Positions 12,275 through 28,604 of a stretch of DNA of 64,000 nt are shown piece by piece; within the stretch, counting starts at the first letter, position 1; every line of letters starts with the position of its first letter. The notes below the pieces were generated by a model that did no database searches, had not been told where the DNA came from, and was given only the letters and a program-made list of their open reading frames with translations. A program made the translations under genes and the position numbers. The stretch covers positions 62,001-126,000 of the forward strand of contig RBZT01000198.1 of the NCBI GenBank assembly GCA_003693705.1, read 5' to 3'. Source of the DNA: Polymyxa betae A26-41. Its lineage: Eukaryota; Protista; Endomyxa: Phytomyxea.

Positions 12275-12694
12275 ATGGCATCAGCACCGTATGATGGAGC
12301 CAAGCGAAGGCTCCTGACAACTCATGATCAACCAAGTGCAGACAATTTTGATTCTATCGATGGTGCAGCAAGACTGGGACGATTAGGTCCACCACCTTTC
12401 CTTCATCCTCGTCGCTTGCCTATTCGTACAACTATAGCTGCTGTTTCGTTGTTACTTATTGGAGTCGTGTTCTCTATCTCCGGTCTGGCAGTTTTCCTAA
12501 AGTCGAGCTTGCACGATGCATTGCCGTTTTTGATTATTGGAGTCATAGGTATGTAGAATATTCGACACGGTTTTCAGGGAATTCATTTCTGCCTAGGTTT
12601 CATTCCGGGTTCATATAACAGCTGGATATTATATCAAGCTTACATGGGAGTGCACGGCTTTGATTATAGTCAAGTGCCATCGTATGATGAATGA
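12275..12694 (+). CDS. TMEM230: TMEM230/TMEM134-family small membrane protein (2 exons)
   Basis: Two TM helices, then FIPGSY...AYMGVHGFDYSQVPSYDE*. Confidence 0.85.
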
Positions 12695-12918
12695 GGCTAA
12701 AGAACTGTAAAATGAGGTTGCATTCCGATGTTCAGCGGTCACGTTGACACTGAAATAGGGGTTCTACAGAGCCAGAGTCTTGATGTCAACGTCACCATCA
12801 TTTTACAATTTTGCCAAAGCTAAAGCTAGACACTATGCATACAGAATCGTTTGACGTTTCTGGATGGAAATTCGAATTTGTAATATGACAAGTTGTTCCT
12901 TGATTCCAGGAGCATGTA

Positions 12919-14094
12919 TTATTGATCGCTGTCACTTTGGATGGAGTCTTCGTCTCTATCGCAGTCAGCTTCACTCTCGGATTTGCAGCTGCCTTCATAA
13001 TCGCTTGAGTCAGAATCTTCGAAACTTGATTCATCGCCAGATGCGATGTAGCTTGGTAGATCGTCAGGCTTCTTTTTACTCGCGCCGCTAGCGTTTAATT
13101 CTTCGTCCAGAGGATATATCTTCTCCGAATTGTCTAAAAATTCTGGCAAGTCATCGACATAAAATTTGAATCTCCTTTGAAAGAAAGTTTTGACGCAAGA
13201 AACATCTCGCTCGAATTGATCCATAGCATTTGGATGAGCGCTTGATATCATCTGAGGAAAATCGATCAGATAAGTATTTTCAACATCGTCACACAGAAGA
13301 TTGAATTCGTTGAAATCTCCATGGATAATGCCAAATCTGTTGCTCTTTTTTAGAAAAGGTAAAGCGAACGAACAGGAGAATAGCTTACTCAGATAGCCGA
13401 ACTATAAGCCGCATCAGTTTTTCGTAAACAGCTTCTGGATGGGCTAATTCACGTATGTTGTTCATCAAAGTACCAGGAAGCATCGACATAACAACACAAT
13501 GTCGATTGCAATCAATCGGCTCAGGAACGGGAAAGTCATGATTGTAGAGAGCTTTCATATACTCAAACTCTCGAGTCGCAGCTAATCTGAGTTCGGTAAG
13601 CAAAAGTGCAGTTAAAGAAATGCAGTCGATAAGCACCTGGACATGTATAACCAGGAAGCGCTCTTTCGCTTCCCCATATAATCACGCTTTTCCTTGATGG
13701 CTCTGAAGGAAACTCGACCCAACCGGTGCAACTTCAGAACCATACGTCGGTCACTATCGTCAGTTACTTCGTAAACATCGGATTCCTTGCCAACACCGAC
13801 CCGGCGTCCGACAGAGGAAACAACTCCTCGCGATACCAGAGCCTTTAAAGCTAGAAAATCATAGCCAAGGTAGGTGAGGCGATAACCATCACACTTTTGT
13901 CTGCTATGAAAGACAAGCTTGTGCTTGTGCACGTTTGTCAGACCTCTGGAAGCCGCGCTAGGTGAAAGGCCCGACAGCTGAATGATCAAATCAAGTGGAA
14001 CCAGCTCGTGGTTCTTCATTCCCAATTCAATGCCAGTGAGGACTCGGAAATCGTTTCCTGTCAAATATTTGACCATGGAAACATCGAGTTTCAT
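12919..14094 (-). CDS. RIO2: RIO2 atypical kinase (40S maturation), spliced
   Basis: DFRVLTGIELGMKNHELVP, GVGKESDVY, KLHRLGRVSFR, IHGDFNEFN and IDFPQMIS. Confidence 0.96.
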
Positions 14095-14726
14095 GATTCC
14101 GAATGCGAGGATCCTTGGTAGAGAAGTCAGAGACCTATAACAATCTATCCATGACGGAATCTGCGTGATTCGCAGTTTTGTTACTTTGTCGCTGATTTGT
14201 CTCGGGCTCAGCTCCTTTGGTTTGAGTTATTTGTTTGAGTCATCGAGGCAACCTATATCGAAGCCAGTTTGCAATACGATCACTTAATGATTGATTATTA
14301 AGTCATAAACCCAATTTGCCTGTGGTTTGAGCTGTATCGATTGCAAACAAGGAGCTAGTCTGTGTTGTATTCGCTGGTCTGCTTCTGTGGCTGAGAAGTT
14401 CAGTGACCGCTTCGTTCGAGAGACTCTCGTAAACGCCCTAGAAAACTCATGCAGGTGTGGGCTACCACCACATCGAAAAAAATCAGATACTTGAGAGTAG
14501 AGACGTCCGATAGGCGAACCAATGGGTAAGCAAGACAGAGAGAACGCGTGCGAGAGCGTCATCATGTCCAACTGCTGTCTGTCCGACTTTCATGTGTTAT
14601 CCCCTATAGCTTGTCCACTCTTCTGATATTTCATATATGTCCATATAGCACTTGACCAACCTCATTTTGGTATTGCTCTATATAGACTCTCTCATCGCTC
14701 CAGATTGGCCAATTCTCCATAGTTGA

Positions 14727-16418
<1,692 letters not shown>

Positions 16419-16576
16419 CTGGGCATTGACGATTTCTCTCGTTTATACTATCCCTTAGAGTGATTATATTTTGAATATGGAGACGAATAAAGCTATGATT
16501 GTGGTGGACTGATGAGTTGTGACGGCGTGGCCTGTCTTGTTACATGTATTAACCATCATATACTGACAGTACTTGA

Positions 16577-19276
16577 ATGTTATTAGAGTCTGCTGCTGGA
16601 TTTCGTCAGTGGCATATTCGATATCAATATCTGTGTCAATGGCAGCAACTAACACGACGCCGTCTACTACTACGAGTATGTTTCTTTGGTTGGAAGAAAA
16701 TTCCCTGCAGAATTCGCTGTGTTCGAACCCGGAGATACTTTGTTATCTGGAAACGAAGACGTTATGCAGACTTGTGGCTGAGGCGCCTGACCATGGGATT
16801 CTTGCACAGAGTCATTCTTATATGGAGAATTCGAACTCTGTGTGAACGAACAATTCTTAAAACAGGTTTCAATGCTTGGACATCTGGGCACAAGCGCATT
16901 TCAGCTGCCATGCTCAAATCGACCTGTTTCTATGCGTTAATGCAGCAGAAGAAAGTGATGATAGCCTGGACCAGCTATCATCGAAAGCTTGCTGGGATAG
17001 GAAACCTGATCTCCAACCAGAGTCGCTCGGCTGCTAAAGCCCGTTATTGGAAGCGGATCAGATTGATTTGTCGAGCCCGATGGTGCCTGCGTACCATTCA
17101 AGATGGGAACCTGATAAAGTCGTATTGGTTGCTATGGACTCGTTATCGAAAATCTCTGTTTAGAAAGGCCGATGGGCATTTTCAGTCAACGTTGACTAAG
17201 AAGGCATTGTGTCATTGGAAATATTGTCATGATATCTATAGAGCTGTTTTTAAAGTAATCGTTCTAGATCACTCAATTCAAATGAAATCAGCACTATATT
17301 TATGGAGACTGGTGGCTGCAGATCGGCGCTCGCTCCGATATAAGGCGTTTCAATTATGGCGGCTAAAACACTTGTCTCGGCTAATTCAAGATCGTGTTCG
17401 ATTTCGGATCTGTTATCATAGTTTCTATTCATGGCAAATGCTCTGTCAACGATACGTCCATTTTCGCATGGTTTTTGCCGCATTCCAGAAATGGAAGCTT
17501 AATTTTGGGTTGAGGCAAGTTGAGAGAAGGTTCACTGATCACCTTCGACGAAAGGTTTTTGCTGATTGGCTCGGCTGCTGGATGGAAACCCACCAATGGA
17601 AGAAGAATTGTTTGGCGGCAACGTCCTTACATCGAAAACTGCTTCTAGCAAAATTCCAGCGGAAGTGGATGCAAACGTATATTAGATCAAATTGCCTGAG
17701 GCAGCTCATTTATCGGTTTCAACTGAAGGTTAAGGTCCAGTTCTTTGCAGTATGGAATCAGTCAACAATCAAGCTCTTATCTATATCGAAAGAAAGTACG
17801 TCCTGTCAGATCGACCAAAATCAATCAGCAGATTCAAATGATTCAAAGTTTGGTTCCAATCTTGATGACGAGAAAGAGGCTGTGATATGCTCGGAGATTG
17901 ACCCATTAGCTTATGCCATGTCCAGGCATCATTATCGCCTAACTCGGGAGAGAGCATGTTTTCGTAACTGGATTTATTATTGCCATATTTTACGATTTTA
18001 TCGTAGAACGGCAACCAGGCATAATCGTCACAATGCTATCATATTTTTAATCAATTGGAGGACACAAACCATCTTACAGAGAAAATGTCTTGGATTTAGG
18101 AGAAATCAGACGAAGATTCGCTATTGGCATGCATGGGGTCAATTATCAAAGCATTTCCGTAAAGCGCGATTGTTTACAGAGAAAAAACGATTGCATTTCC
18201 ATCTACGTAGATGGCGACAAACACGACTGAGAAAACTGCACTCACTACAAACAATATTTTATGCATGGCGTCAACTAATGTCAAGACGATGGGCCATGAA
18301 TAAATGTAAAGCAGCTCTTGCTCGTCGTGTATTGAGGCAGTGGATTAGCACACGGAAGTTGAAAAAATTCATCATTCGTCGACATTTCAGAATATGGATG
18401 CATACCCTTAAGCACAACAGCGACTTAATTTTCAAATTCTTGGTTCGGTTATCACAAAAACGGAAACAATCTATTTTAAGTTTATGGCATCGCAAAATCT
18501 ACCAATCTGCCAATGAGTTGAAAAGAAAATATGTCGTTATCTGGCATAGGAAACTGCATCGGAGGAGAAAAGATAGAATTGAGCAGATATTAACCAGTTG
18601 GAGCTCTGCAAAGCGTTGCTCGGTTAAGCAGGCATCATTTAATACATGGATGAGAATGTCAAGAATTCAATCAAGGCTCCGACAACTTCGCCATATTCAG
18701 AACATGTCTCTTAAGGCGATATCACTTAGGGCCATGATCCGATTACGCACCTCTTTCGAATTCAACCGAAGATCAAATTTTAAACGATCTTTACATATCT
18801 GGAGGAAGCACTTCTCCATGAAGGTTGTCTTTAAGCACGGAGAGAAAATACTTCAAAAATGGTTTTTGGACATGTGGCGAGCGAAATCGGATCAGATCAG
18901 GGATGTGCACTTAAGGCAGGGCACTCTAAATTTACATTTCAAAAAATGGCAACGAGCATTCACGACCTATGCTAATTCCAGACAAATTGCTCTCAAGCAT
19001 ATGAATCAGGTCTTGAGTGAGATGAAGGCGATTCGGCGACTGTTTCGATATGCAATCGTATTCAACCGCATTCGACTTTATCGATGGATATTTTCAGCAT
19101 GGAAACGCTGCCTTATCAATGAGCAGACGACGCTAGCCTGCGTTGCTCTTGATTTTGTTAGACGAAAGTGTTTGAGCCGATGGTGGCAAAGATATATTGA
19201 TGTAGCTTTAAACAAGCGATGGCACAAGCTCAACAAATGTATAGATTCTACAACTGGAAATGAACGTGAATGCTGA
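16577..19276 (+). CDS. Sfi1-like centrin-binding repeat protein
   Basis: 899-aa basic ORF with periodic F/L-x-x-W-K/R motifs throughout. The exact start is uncertain. Confidence 0.7.
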   Translation: MLLESAAGFRQWHIRYQYLCQWQQLTRRRLLLRVCFFGWKKIPCRIRCVRTRRYFVIWKRRRYADLWLRRLTMGFLHRVILIWRIRTLCERTILKTGFNAWTSGHKRISAAMLKSTCFYALMQQKKVMIAWTSYHRKLAGIGNLISNQSRSAAKARYWKRIRLICRARWCLRTIQDGNLIKSYWLLWTRYRKSLFRKADGHFQSTLTKKALCHWKYCHDIYRAVFKVIVLDHSIQMKSALYLWRLVAADRRSLRYKAFQLWRLKHLSRLIQDRVRFRICYHSFYSWQMLCQRYVHFRMVFAAFQKWKLNFGLRQVERRFTDHLRRKVFADWLGCWMETHQWKKNCLAATSLHRKLLLAKFQRKWMQTYIRSNCLRQLIYRFQLKVKVQFFAVWNQSTIKLLSISKESTSCQIDQNQSADSNDSKFGSNLDDEKEAVICSEIDPLAYAMSRHHYRLTRERACFRNWIYYCHILRFYRRTATRHNRHNAIIFLINWRTQTILQRKCLGFRRNQTKIRYWHAWGQLSKHFRKARLFTEKKRLHFHLRRWRQTRLRKLHSLQTIFYAWRQLMSRRWAMNKCKAALARRVLRQWISTRKLKKFIIRRHFRIWMHTLKHNSDLIFKFLVRLSQKRKQSILSLWHRKIYQSANELKRKYVVIWHRKLHRRRKDRIEQILTSWSSAKRCSVKQASFNTWMRMSRIQSRLRQLRHIQNMSLKAISLRAMIRLRTSFEFNRRSNFKRSLHIWRKHFSMKVVFKHGEKILQKWFLDMWRAKSDQIRDVHLRQGTLNLHFKKWQRAFTTYANSRQIALKHMNQVLSEMKAIRRLFRYAIVFNRIRLYRWIFSAWKRCLINEQTTLACVALDFVRRKCLSRWWQRYIDVALNKRWHKLNKCIDSTTGNEREC

Positions 19277-19311
19277 TTATGATAGATGATTATATACAGT
19301 AGAATTTTAAG

Positions 19312-20393
19312 TCAATGATATTGATCTCTGGCTGCCATACGTTTGATGAATTCATAGCCAGCGATTCCAGCAATGCTGTAAGGCAAAGCACCAAGCAATC
19401 TGGCCCCCGATCCTCTCCAAAGTCCCAACATGGATTTATGAGCTCGAACAATTTCCATAGACGACAGATTTGACATTGTCGTCTGTTTAAGAGTTTTGAT
19501 GAGATCTAATGGGGCAGTGCTCATTACAGCAACGGAAGCAGCAGCAACGCCACAAGACCCTGATAACAGAAGATCAGTGATGGACAGCGTTGAGGACAGA
19601 GATGGGAGCGGTCTGTCAATAGTTCTGTATAACCCTGTCCTTGAGGTGGAATCTAATAACAGATCTCTCAGAGATGTCTCATAAAGCCGCCATGACTGAT
19701 ATTACAAGTTGACCACCAGATGGCTGAAAATGGTATGTATAGAGCAGCGCTGGTCGTGAATCCTTTGTATAATCCTTTGACACCTTCTTTACGTATAATC
19801 CGCTTCACAGTGGAAACTTTGTCATTGTGATTAGACAAATAAGACAAAATACGGTTTAAGATCTGACCTGAGCTGCCTCTATCTAGTTGTATCGACTGGC
19901 TGACAACATCAACGGGGACCATGACCACCTGAGAGGATAATGAAGCAGCGGCGCCTGCTATTCCAGATCGCATCGGGTCTTTCATACCGACCCTTTCTCT
20001 GACAGATTCGTACACAGACATGTAGATGATTTGTGATGGAATTAGCCCGACAGCTAAACCGCTGTCAATTCGAAGAAGAGAGAAAATGCATTCTCACCTA
20101 ATGATGGAAATCCAGACCAGAAGCCAGCAATCCCTCTTGTTTTGTAGATTGATGAAAATGCTAATGATATTGAAGAAGAAGATGATGGTCTCGCTTGCAT
20201 ATGTCTGTCATTTCTCATAAGTTTGTTACTTGAGTGACGTGAGGCCTGGACATTACGTCTTGATGAGGGTAGAGGGATATAATCCCAGACGTATGGCCAT
20301 AAATACGATAAACTGCCAGACAAACAGTCGGTGTTTGTCGAGATGACGCCATGTCAGCTCAAGATCGTCATCAGGCTGGCCAAACGCCTCCAT
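19312..20393 (-). CDS. Mitochondrial carrier, SLC25A44-like, spliced
   Basis: Starts MEAFGQPDDDLELTWRHLDK; carrier signatures YPSTLIKT, VPVDVVSQ and APLDLIKT. Confidence 0.85.
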
Positions 20394-20611
20394 GCGGACT
20401 GCGTCTTCACACGGCCAAATGCACATTTTTCAAGCCACATTTCTCCTGATATACAGTATAAACGAAACAAATAAATACAATTCTGTTTGTTTGTAAATAT
20501 ATTATATGTGAATAGATATAGATAGGCCTGGTATAATATTACATGTCTTGATCGGGACGCTAATCTGGTTCACAATGACGATTCGCACAATTGGTCCAAT
20601 GAATCATGCTG

Positions 20612-22319
<1,708 letters not shown>

Positions 22320-22568
22320 GACCGCCAGGAGTCCTTTCAATAAAGGACTTGATAGGGGAACTACCTATGTACCAACTTACACCGGAACGCACTATCTAAT
22401 CTCAACATCTTTCATGTAATGTTACATTTATTAAATCATAGAGTATCATTCTCTCTATATAAGATCTTAATTGTAATGTTACACTACAATACTAGTACAT
22501 CATAGACTTATCATTCTCTCTATCTAATCCTATAGCAAACAGTCTCCAATCGGTATCTATATTAGATG

Positions 22569-23402
22569 TTAAAGATCTCGTCTAGAATCAGGAAATACCG
22601 GCGCCCAGATTGAGAGACGATTGTGAAGAATGTGATTGGCGACTGCCAGAGTTATGGCATGAAGCATTAGGAGCATGGCGACTGCAACTGTATCGCTATC
22701 AGTCTTGAATATATCTATACAACAGGTCGCTGACATCAATGCCACGTATAAGGTCAGAATGTGATGCCCTTTCTCTATCATTGCTGTCACATATTTAATT
22801 TTAGTTCAAGGTTATGTTCAGATTAGCTTACAAAGAATCCCAAGCCCAATCAAGATTGATAAGACAATACTATCAAAGTGTCCAGTTACTTTCTTGAATC
22901 CTATCGAAACAGGAATGTTGTAGTATTGTAGATAAATGTTAAAGCCAATGTTCAAGGAAAGAAGTACAATGAATAACCATTCTGGTCGACTTCTTAGTCT
23001 GAATCCTGATAGACAATATTTTATCAGAAATAAGTGAATTACTGGATGAATGTTTACCGACTTTGAGGTCTTCGAACAAAAAGGATAACTGGACAGTGAT
23101 TTGTGTTTGCTTCCGAATCTGGCTTATTCGCCATGCGATCTGACGATCTCATTCCAACAGCGACCTTTATATAGTTATATTTTTATTAGCAAAGAAGTGG
23201 AGAATACCAATACCTTTCCAGTATTAAAAGTGATAAGAACTGGAGGAAGTAATGTCTCAAACTTTTGTCGATCACATAATTGTCCATTTGCATCGAATAT
23301 GGTATTTCTAGTGACATGACAGTACATAGCAGGTCTTGACAATGACCCTCCATTTCGTTTTGGTTGCTGATTTAGATTAGGGTATTCGTTAGCAAATGAC
23401 AT
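22569..23402 (-). CDS. Orphan 4-TM membrane protein, 4 exons, about 226 aa
   Basis: Removing GT-AG introns 23165-23213, 23006-23061 and 22784-22831 gives an open 681-nt CDS with four hydrophobic segments. Confidence 0.65.
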
Positions 23403-23499
23403 TATCTGATATAAAGCTCAGGATCGAAACTTTGGTACTGAGTCCATAATGATAACCAATAACAAATGGCCTAGTTTGTTTTTCAACATTATTGGAAAA

Positions 23500-24110
23500 A
23501 CCAGTGTTAGATAACTGATCGATCGGGTGTCAGAACTGCCCAGCTTATGATTATCAGTTGTGTTATTTTTTTCATTTTCAGCAGGATCACATGTCTACAG
23601 CCATTCCATATGTTATCAGTACTGAACATATCTGACCTGCATATTCACTCGCTGGAACAATTTCACTTTCCAGATATCCTCTGTGATCGCATGATCCCAA
23701 CTTTGTTAATTGATTTTCTTTGGGCAGATGAGGAATTTATTGCTCAGTATTTCTGTCGTCCTGAAATAATGTTGTTGGGTCTATTGCAACTTTCACGTGG
23801 TTTCGTTGCCATTGATCAATTGTTCCAGTTCTCATCATATCTATTTCTCAGTCCATTGATGCTTTCCAATGTTTTTCATGAAAAGGTTATCGATTGACTC
23901 CAATGAACAATGAGTTTATTTCCTGCCTCATTCTTCCTCCCGCTATTATGTTCATATACATATTTGATGTATCTCTCCTTGACATATCCTTGTAGAATGT
24001 TGGCGATAGGACAAGATTTATCAAAAGAACAAGTACGAAAACAGCAATAGCATCGCAAAATGCTCGTTAGACTCCCAGGTTGTTTGGTTTACCGACATTT
24101 CAATCTTCAT
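23500..24110 (-). pseudogene. Possible degenerate gene fragment
   Basis: Intron-like segments and a signal-peptide-like stretch (AIAVFVLVLLINLVLS), but stops in all minus-strand frames and no intact model. Confidence 0.25.
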
Positions 24111-24299
24111 GCATAATCACATGTTGATGTGATTGCAGCTTGTACGAAAATTTTCTTGAAATCAGAGTAGATTGAAAGATCAACTAGGCATCGGTGGCGG
24201 GCCTCCCTACATAGTTAAAAAGGAACCCGCTGTAGTACACAAGCAAAATAACAGTTTTAAGTATTGTATTTCATAGATTGACTGGAAATCTTTTCACAA

Positions 24300-27200
24300 T
24301 TAAATGATATTGAACAACTTCTTAAGCTTGATGACACATTTCCAATCATCCTGACTGAGATAATCCTTAAAATTGGCTTTTAGCACATTAATGGATTGTC
24401 TGCTGATTTTACTGAGCAGCAAGTTTGTATGATCAAACTGTCTTCCATAGGTACATGCAGCATGACCTAATTTGAATCAATCTAAATTGAATCACAAGGA
24501 CAAAATATGGACACAAACCTGGTTTAGGTTCAATCTTAATGCAGACCTGCTGGCCTGCCTTAGCTTCATTAACCTCCTTATGATTCAATTCCATTCCTGT
24601 CACTTCTCCAATGATGATGTCTCCTTTCTCATGCACACATAATGGAGTGCCTGATTACGTAATTCAATTAGTCATTCAATGACTGGATACGAGATAGGAT
24701 ACCCTTGCGAAGTACGCCTTCCTTAATCATAACACCAAGCAATATAGGATCTTTACGACAGAATACATAATCAGGTATAATTTCAAGTATACAGGGCATA
24801 ATTACAACACTCTCAGCAGCTGCCATATTGGCACTCTGCAAATAACAATCAGATTATATCTGCAGTAACATACATTAACACAAAGACAGACATACCTGAA
24901 CTTCTTTCATATAGGCAGTAAACTGATCAAATAAATGATAAATAATATCAGCAGTAAATATTCGCACAGCACGTTCTTGTGCATGTTGACGGGCTTCAGC
25001 AGAAACCTGAGCAGAATCCCATTTTAGAGAACAGATCTCCAATCAATAATCATGATAGACCTTAACATCAAATGCTAATATGCATGCATATTCTGGTTGC
25101 TTATCGACCATTATGGCAGCTTTGGAAACATCCTTCTTATGTACTGGACCAATACCAATACCTGAGACAGGAATCTTCATATCTGATAGGAACTATGATA
25201 ACATATGATCAATGATCGCTACAGAGATTAGAAATGCATGATGACCTGCAATAAAGCCTCTAAAGATCCCAAAGTCGATGCCTGAACACAGACACCGCGA
25301 CCTGATTTATCAACTTTTGATAATATTGTTGCCAGATCAGTCATGACTTCATCCTTAAGATCTTCAATATCATCATCAGGGCCAGCAACCAGTAACTGAG
25401 AACCGGCAATGGCATCTTCCAAACCAGAAGCTGCAATCTAACATATACATTGAACAGAGGCGGTGATAAAATTTGAAGATGGCACCTTAATACCAGCAGC
25501 TGCTCTAACAGTTTTAAGACGTTGATATTCTCCTTTAACTCGAAGTTCAGTCATTGGATATGGAGTTAGTAACGCTCTAATAGTAGTGACGATAGGACCA
25601 TGAAGACCACATACAACAATAGTATCATTGACATGAAGATATCCATTACTCAATATAACATCGATAGTAGTACCAATACCATCAACTATTTTCACCTGTA
25701 CAATAATTATATCAAATATGTATAAACACAGACATGTATCAGAACAAAACTACTGACCTCTAGAACAGTGCATTGCAACTCAGAGATATATTGCAAGCGC
25801 TCACTCATCATATGTTGACATAGCTGTACGAGAAGCATAAGTAGATCTGGAAGACCTTCACCAGTAATAGCAGAGGTAGGAACTAATGAGACATTCTTCC
25901 GAAAATCTGCATTACGGTAATACAGAGTACAGTTCAAGCCTAACATTCTCTCAATTACCCAACAAACCATAATCAAACGCCAGACCTTCTTCAGCAAACG
26001 CTCCGATAGTATTTCTAACACGTTCTTCAAATTCTTCTCTTGTATGTTCCGGCTATGAAATCATATTTACTACAGTTTACTGAGAATGAATGAAAGTACC
26101 TGATTTGCTAATGTAGTTGAAAATGGAGCCCATGGATCTGCTTTCCATCCATAAATACGATCCACCTTGTTTAAAGCGACAACAAAGGGAGTCTTCTTCT
26201 GTCTAATATAATCACCATTGTCAGATATGCAGGGAGATTTACAGAATTCAATTACCTCAATAATTGCAGTGATTCTTTGGTCTGCTGCTCTAATCCATGC
26301 ATGATATCTACCACCAATATAGCAATATCACCTGTGATTAGTTTAGAGCTGTATCTTATGAATGAATAATGAAGATTATACAGAGTGAAGAACCACGGGT
26401 TCTGAGATTGGTGAAAGATTCGTGACCAGGTGTATCAATAATTAATAAACCTGGTAGTTTATACTCAAGTTGCTTTTTCTGTAGACGAATATGAAATCAA
26501 TTGAAGGAACAAGAGCGGAATAACCTGTAGAGCATTAAGATCTTTGGTTTTCTCGACAATAGCAGTCATAGGGAAGTATGAAGCACCAATCTGTTGTGTA
26601 ATACCACCAGCTTCACCATCTTGAACCTAAACAGGTAAATCAGTATGCAGTCACCAATATCAGATAAGACTATGAGACCTTGGTCCGTCTAATCTTATCC
26701 AATATCTTTGTCTTTCCCGTATCAACATGACCAAGAATACAACAAATTGGAGATCGAAGATTAGTCTGAGATCTCTCAGCCAATGCAGCCTCTTTTCTCT
26801 TTTCACGTCGAGCTCGAGAATCTACTTTAGATTGTTCTAAATATCAACGATTTATAGGAGCTAAATGAACAATCCAGATTAGAACTTACCACGAGCATCG
26901 TGTTCAGAATCTGATTCTGATCCAGGTTGAGACTGATCTTGGTTCTTATTAGATGCAACAGTAGTAGGTTGAGACTGACGACCATTTCCATCCAGCTTTT
27001 TCTGTTCAAAATTTTTATGACAATCTTCTGCTTCTTTGTTTTGACTTTCTTCCACCAGTTCAAGTTGCTGCCTCTCAGCCTTCTCCCTAAAATACATCAA
27101 AAATATATGAAAGACCGATCAATTGAAATATGGATTCAGTACCGTTCTCGAATGAGACGTTGTTTCTGTCTATAAGCTCTGGCTTTAGCTCGTTTAGCCC

Positions 27201-28604
27201 GTCGCTCTTCCTTCTCACGACGAAGACGAGCCTCATCTTCACTATCCATATCCCAATCTGCAACAACTGAACCTGATGATGCTTCACTCATGATATCCTC
27301 TTCAGATATCTCAGGTTCAGGTTCAGGTTCAGAACGAATAGGAACAGGTTCTGGTTCCGGTTCAGGAACATTCTGCTCTTCTTCTTGCAGAGCTTCTTCT
27401 TGTTCAACTTCAGGCAGCGCTGCCTTTGCCAATAATTTCTCCTTCTGTGTTAGTTTCTTTACCTTTCTGAGCGATACAAAAACTGAGCAAACCTGTCGAA
27501 ACGAGAACGATTACGAACCTTCTAGGTTTTGGTTTGGCTCCATTGGCAGGTCGTTCGACTTTATCAGGAATCAGACCTTGAGCCCTTAATTGCTCCACGT
27601 AAGAAGCATCTCTGTTAGCTTTAGCTTTTTGCCCTAAATGTCTCGTCAGCAATAAGTTCCATGTACATAGCTACCATAACGACGACCTTTCGTTAGCAAT
27701 TTTCCTTGACGACGTAGTTCCTCTTGTTTCCGCTTCTTTTCTTCAATCTTTCGAAGACGCTCTTCTTCTTTACGTTTAGCCTTGAATTAGCAGTGAGTCA
27801 AAAGAGCTAGGCATGAATAGGAATATAGCAGAAACCTCTTCCTCTTCCTGACGTTGTTTCTCCTCAATTTTGCGAAGACGTTCCTCTTCTTGTCGTTGGA
27901 ATTCTTCTTCTGCTCGTTTTTCAGCTTCTAATCGTTGTTTTAGAGCGAGAATGGCAGCGTTGGTTTTGGACGCGACAGGAGCAGCAGCAGGTTCAGGTTC
28001 CTTGAAAAATAAACTGAGCGTGGGCACAGAAATTAACAGAGAAGAGAACCTTCTTCTTTTTTTTAGGTTTCTTCTTTTTTTTAGATTCTAATTCCTCGAC
28101 AGCCAGAGGAGAGGCTAGTTCAGCTAACAGATCGTCAAGACCACCACCATCAGCTTGCTGTTGATTGGCAGTTTCAGACGCAGGAGCAAGCTCGGCAGGT
28201 TCTGATTGCGATTGCAAGAGAATATCGATATCATCCTAAATGACAGTTAGTTTAACAGATTTATAACGATATCATTGAAATCTATTCCAACTGACATTAT
28301 TTGTAGAATCAGCAATAGCGCCTGATCCAGACTTCTTCTTCTTCTTCTTCTTATTCGAAGCAGCAGGAGCAGAATCAATCTCTAATTCAGCTAAAAGGTT
28401 GTCAATATCGTTCGATGCTGGTTTGGCTTTCTGTTTGGATTTGGATGCAGGCTCAGGACCGGAAGCAAATTCCGGTTGTTTCTGCTGAATTAACGAAGGC
28501 AATTCCTCCCCTTGATCACTGAAATCATCATCGTCACCATCATCAAGCATGAGGAATGCATTTCTAGCTACAGGTGTAGATTGTTCCTCATCAGAAGACG
28601 ACAT
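24300..28604 (-). CDS. EIF5B: Translation initiation factor eIF5B, highly spliced
   Basis: Charged N-terminus, [51 protein letters not shown] and C-terminal KLKKLFNII*. Confidence 0.96.

Noticed and set aside
24197-24236. GC-rich hairpin GCGGG...CCCGC followed by TGTAGT, Helitron 3'-end-like
   Set aside because: Imperfect stem, no proper CTRR terminus and no recognisable 5' end.
27310-27366. TCAGGT/TCTGGT short tandem repeats
   Set aside because: They encode EPEPEP low-complexity sequence in the eIF5B N-terminus.
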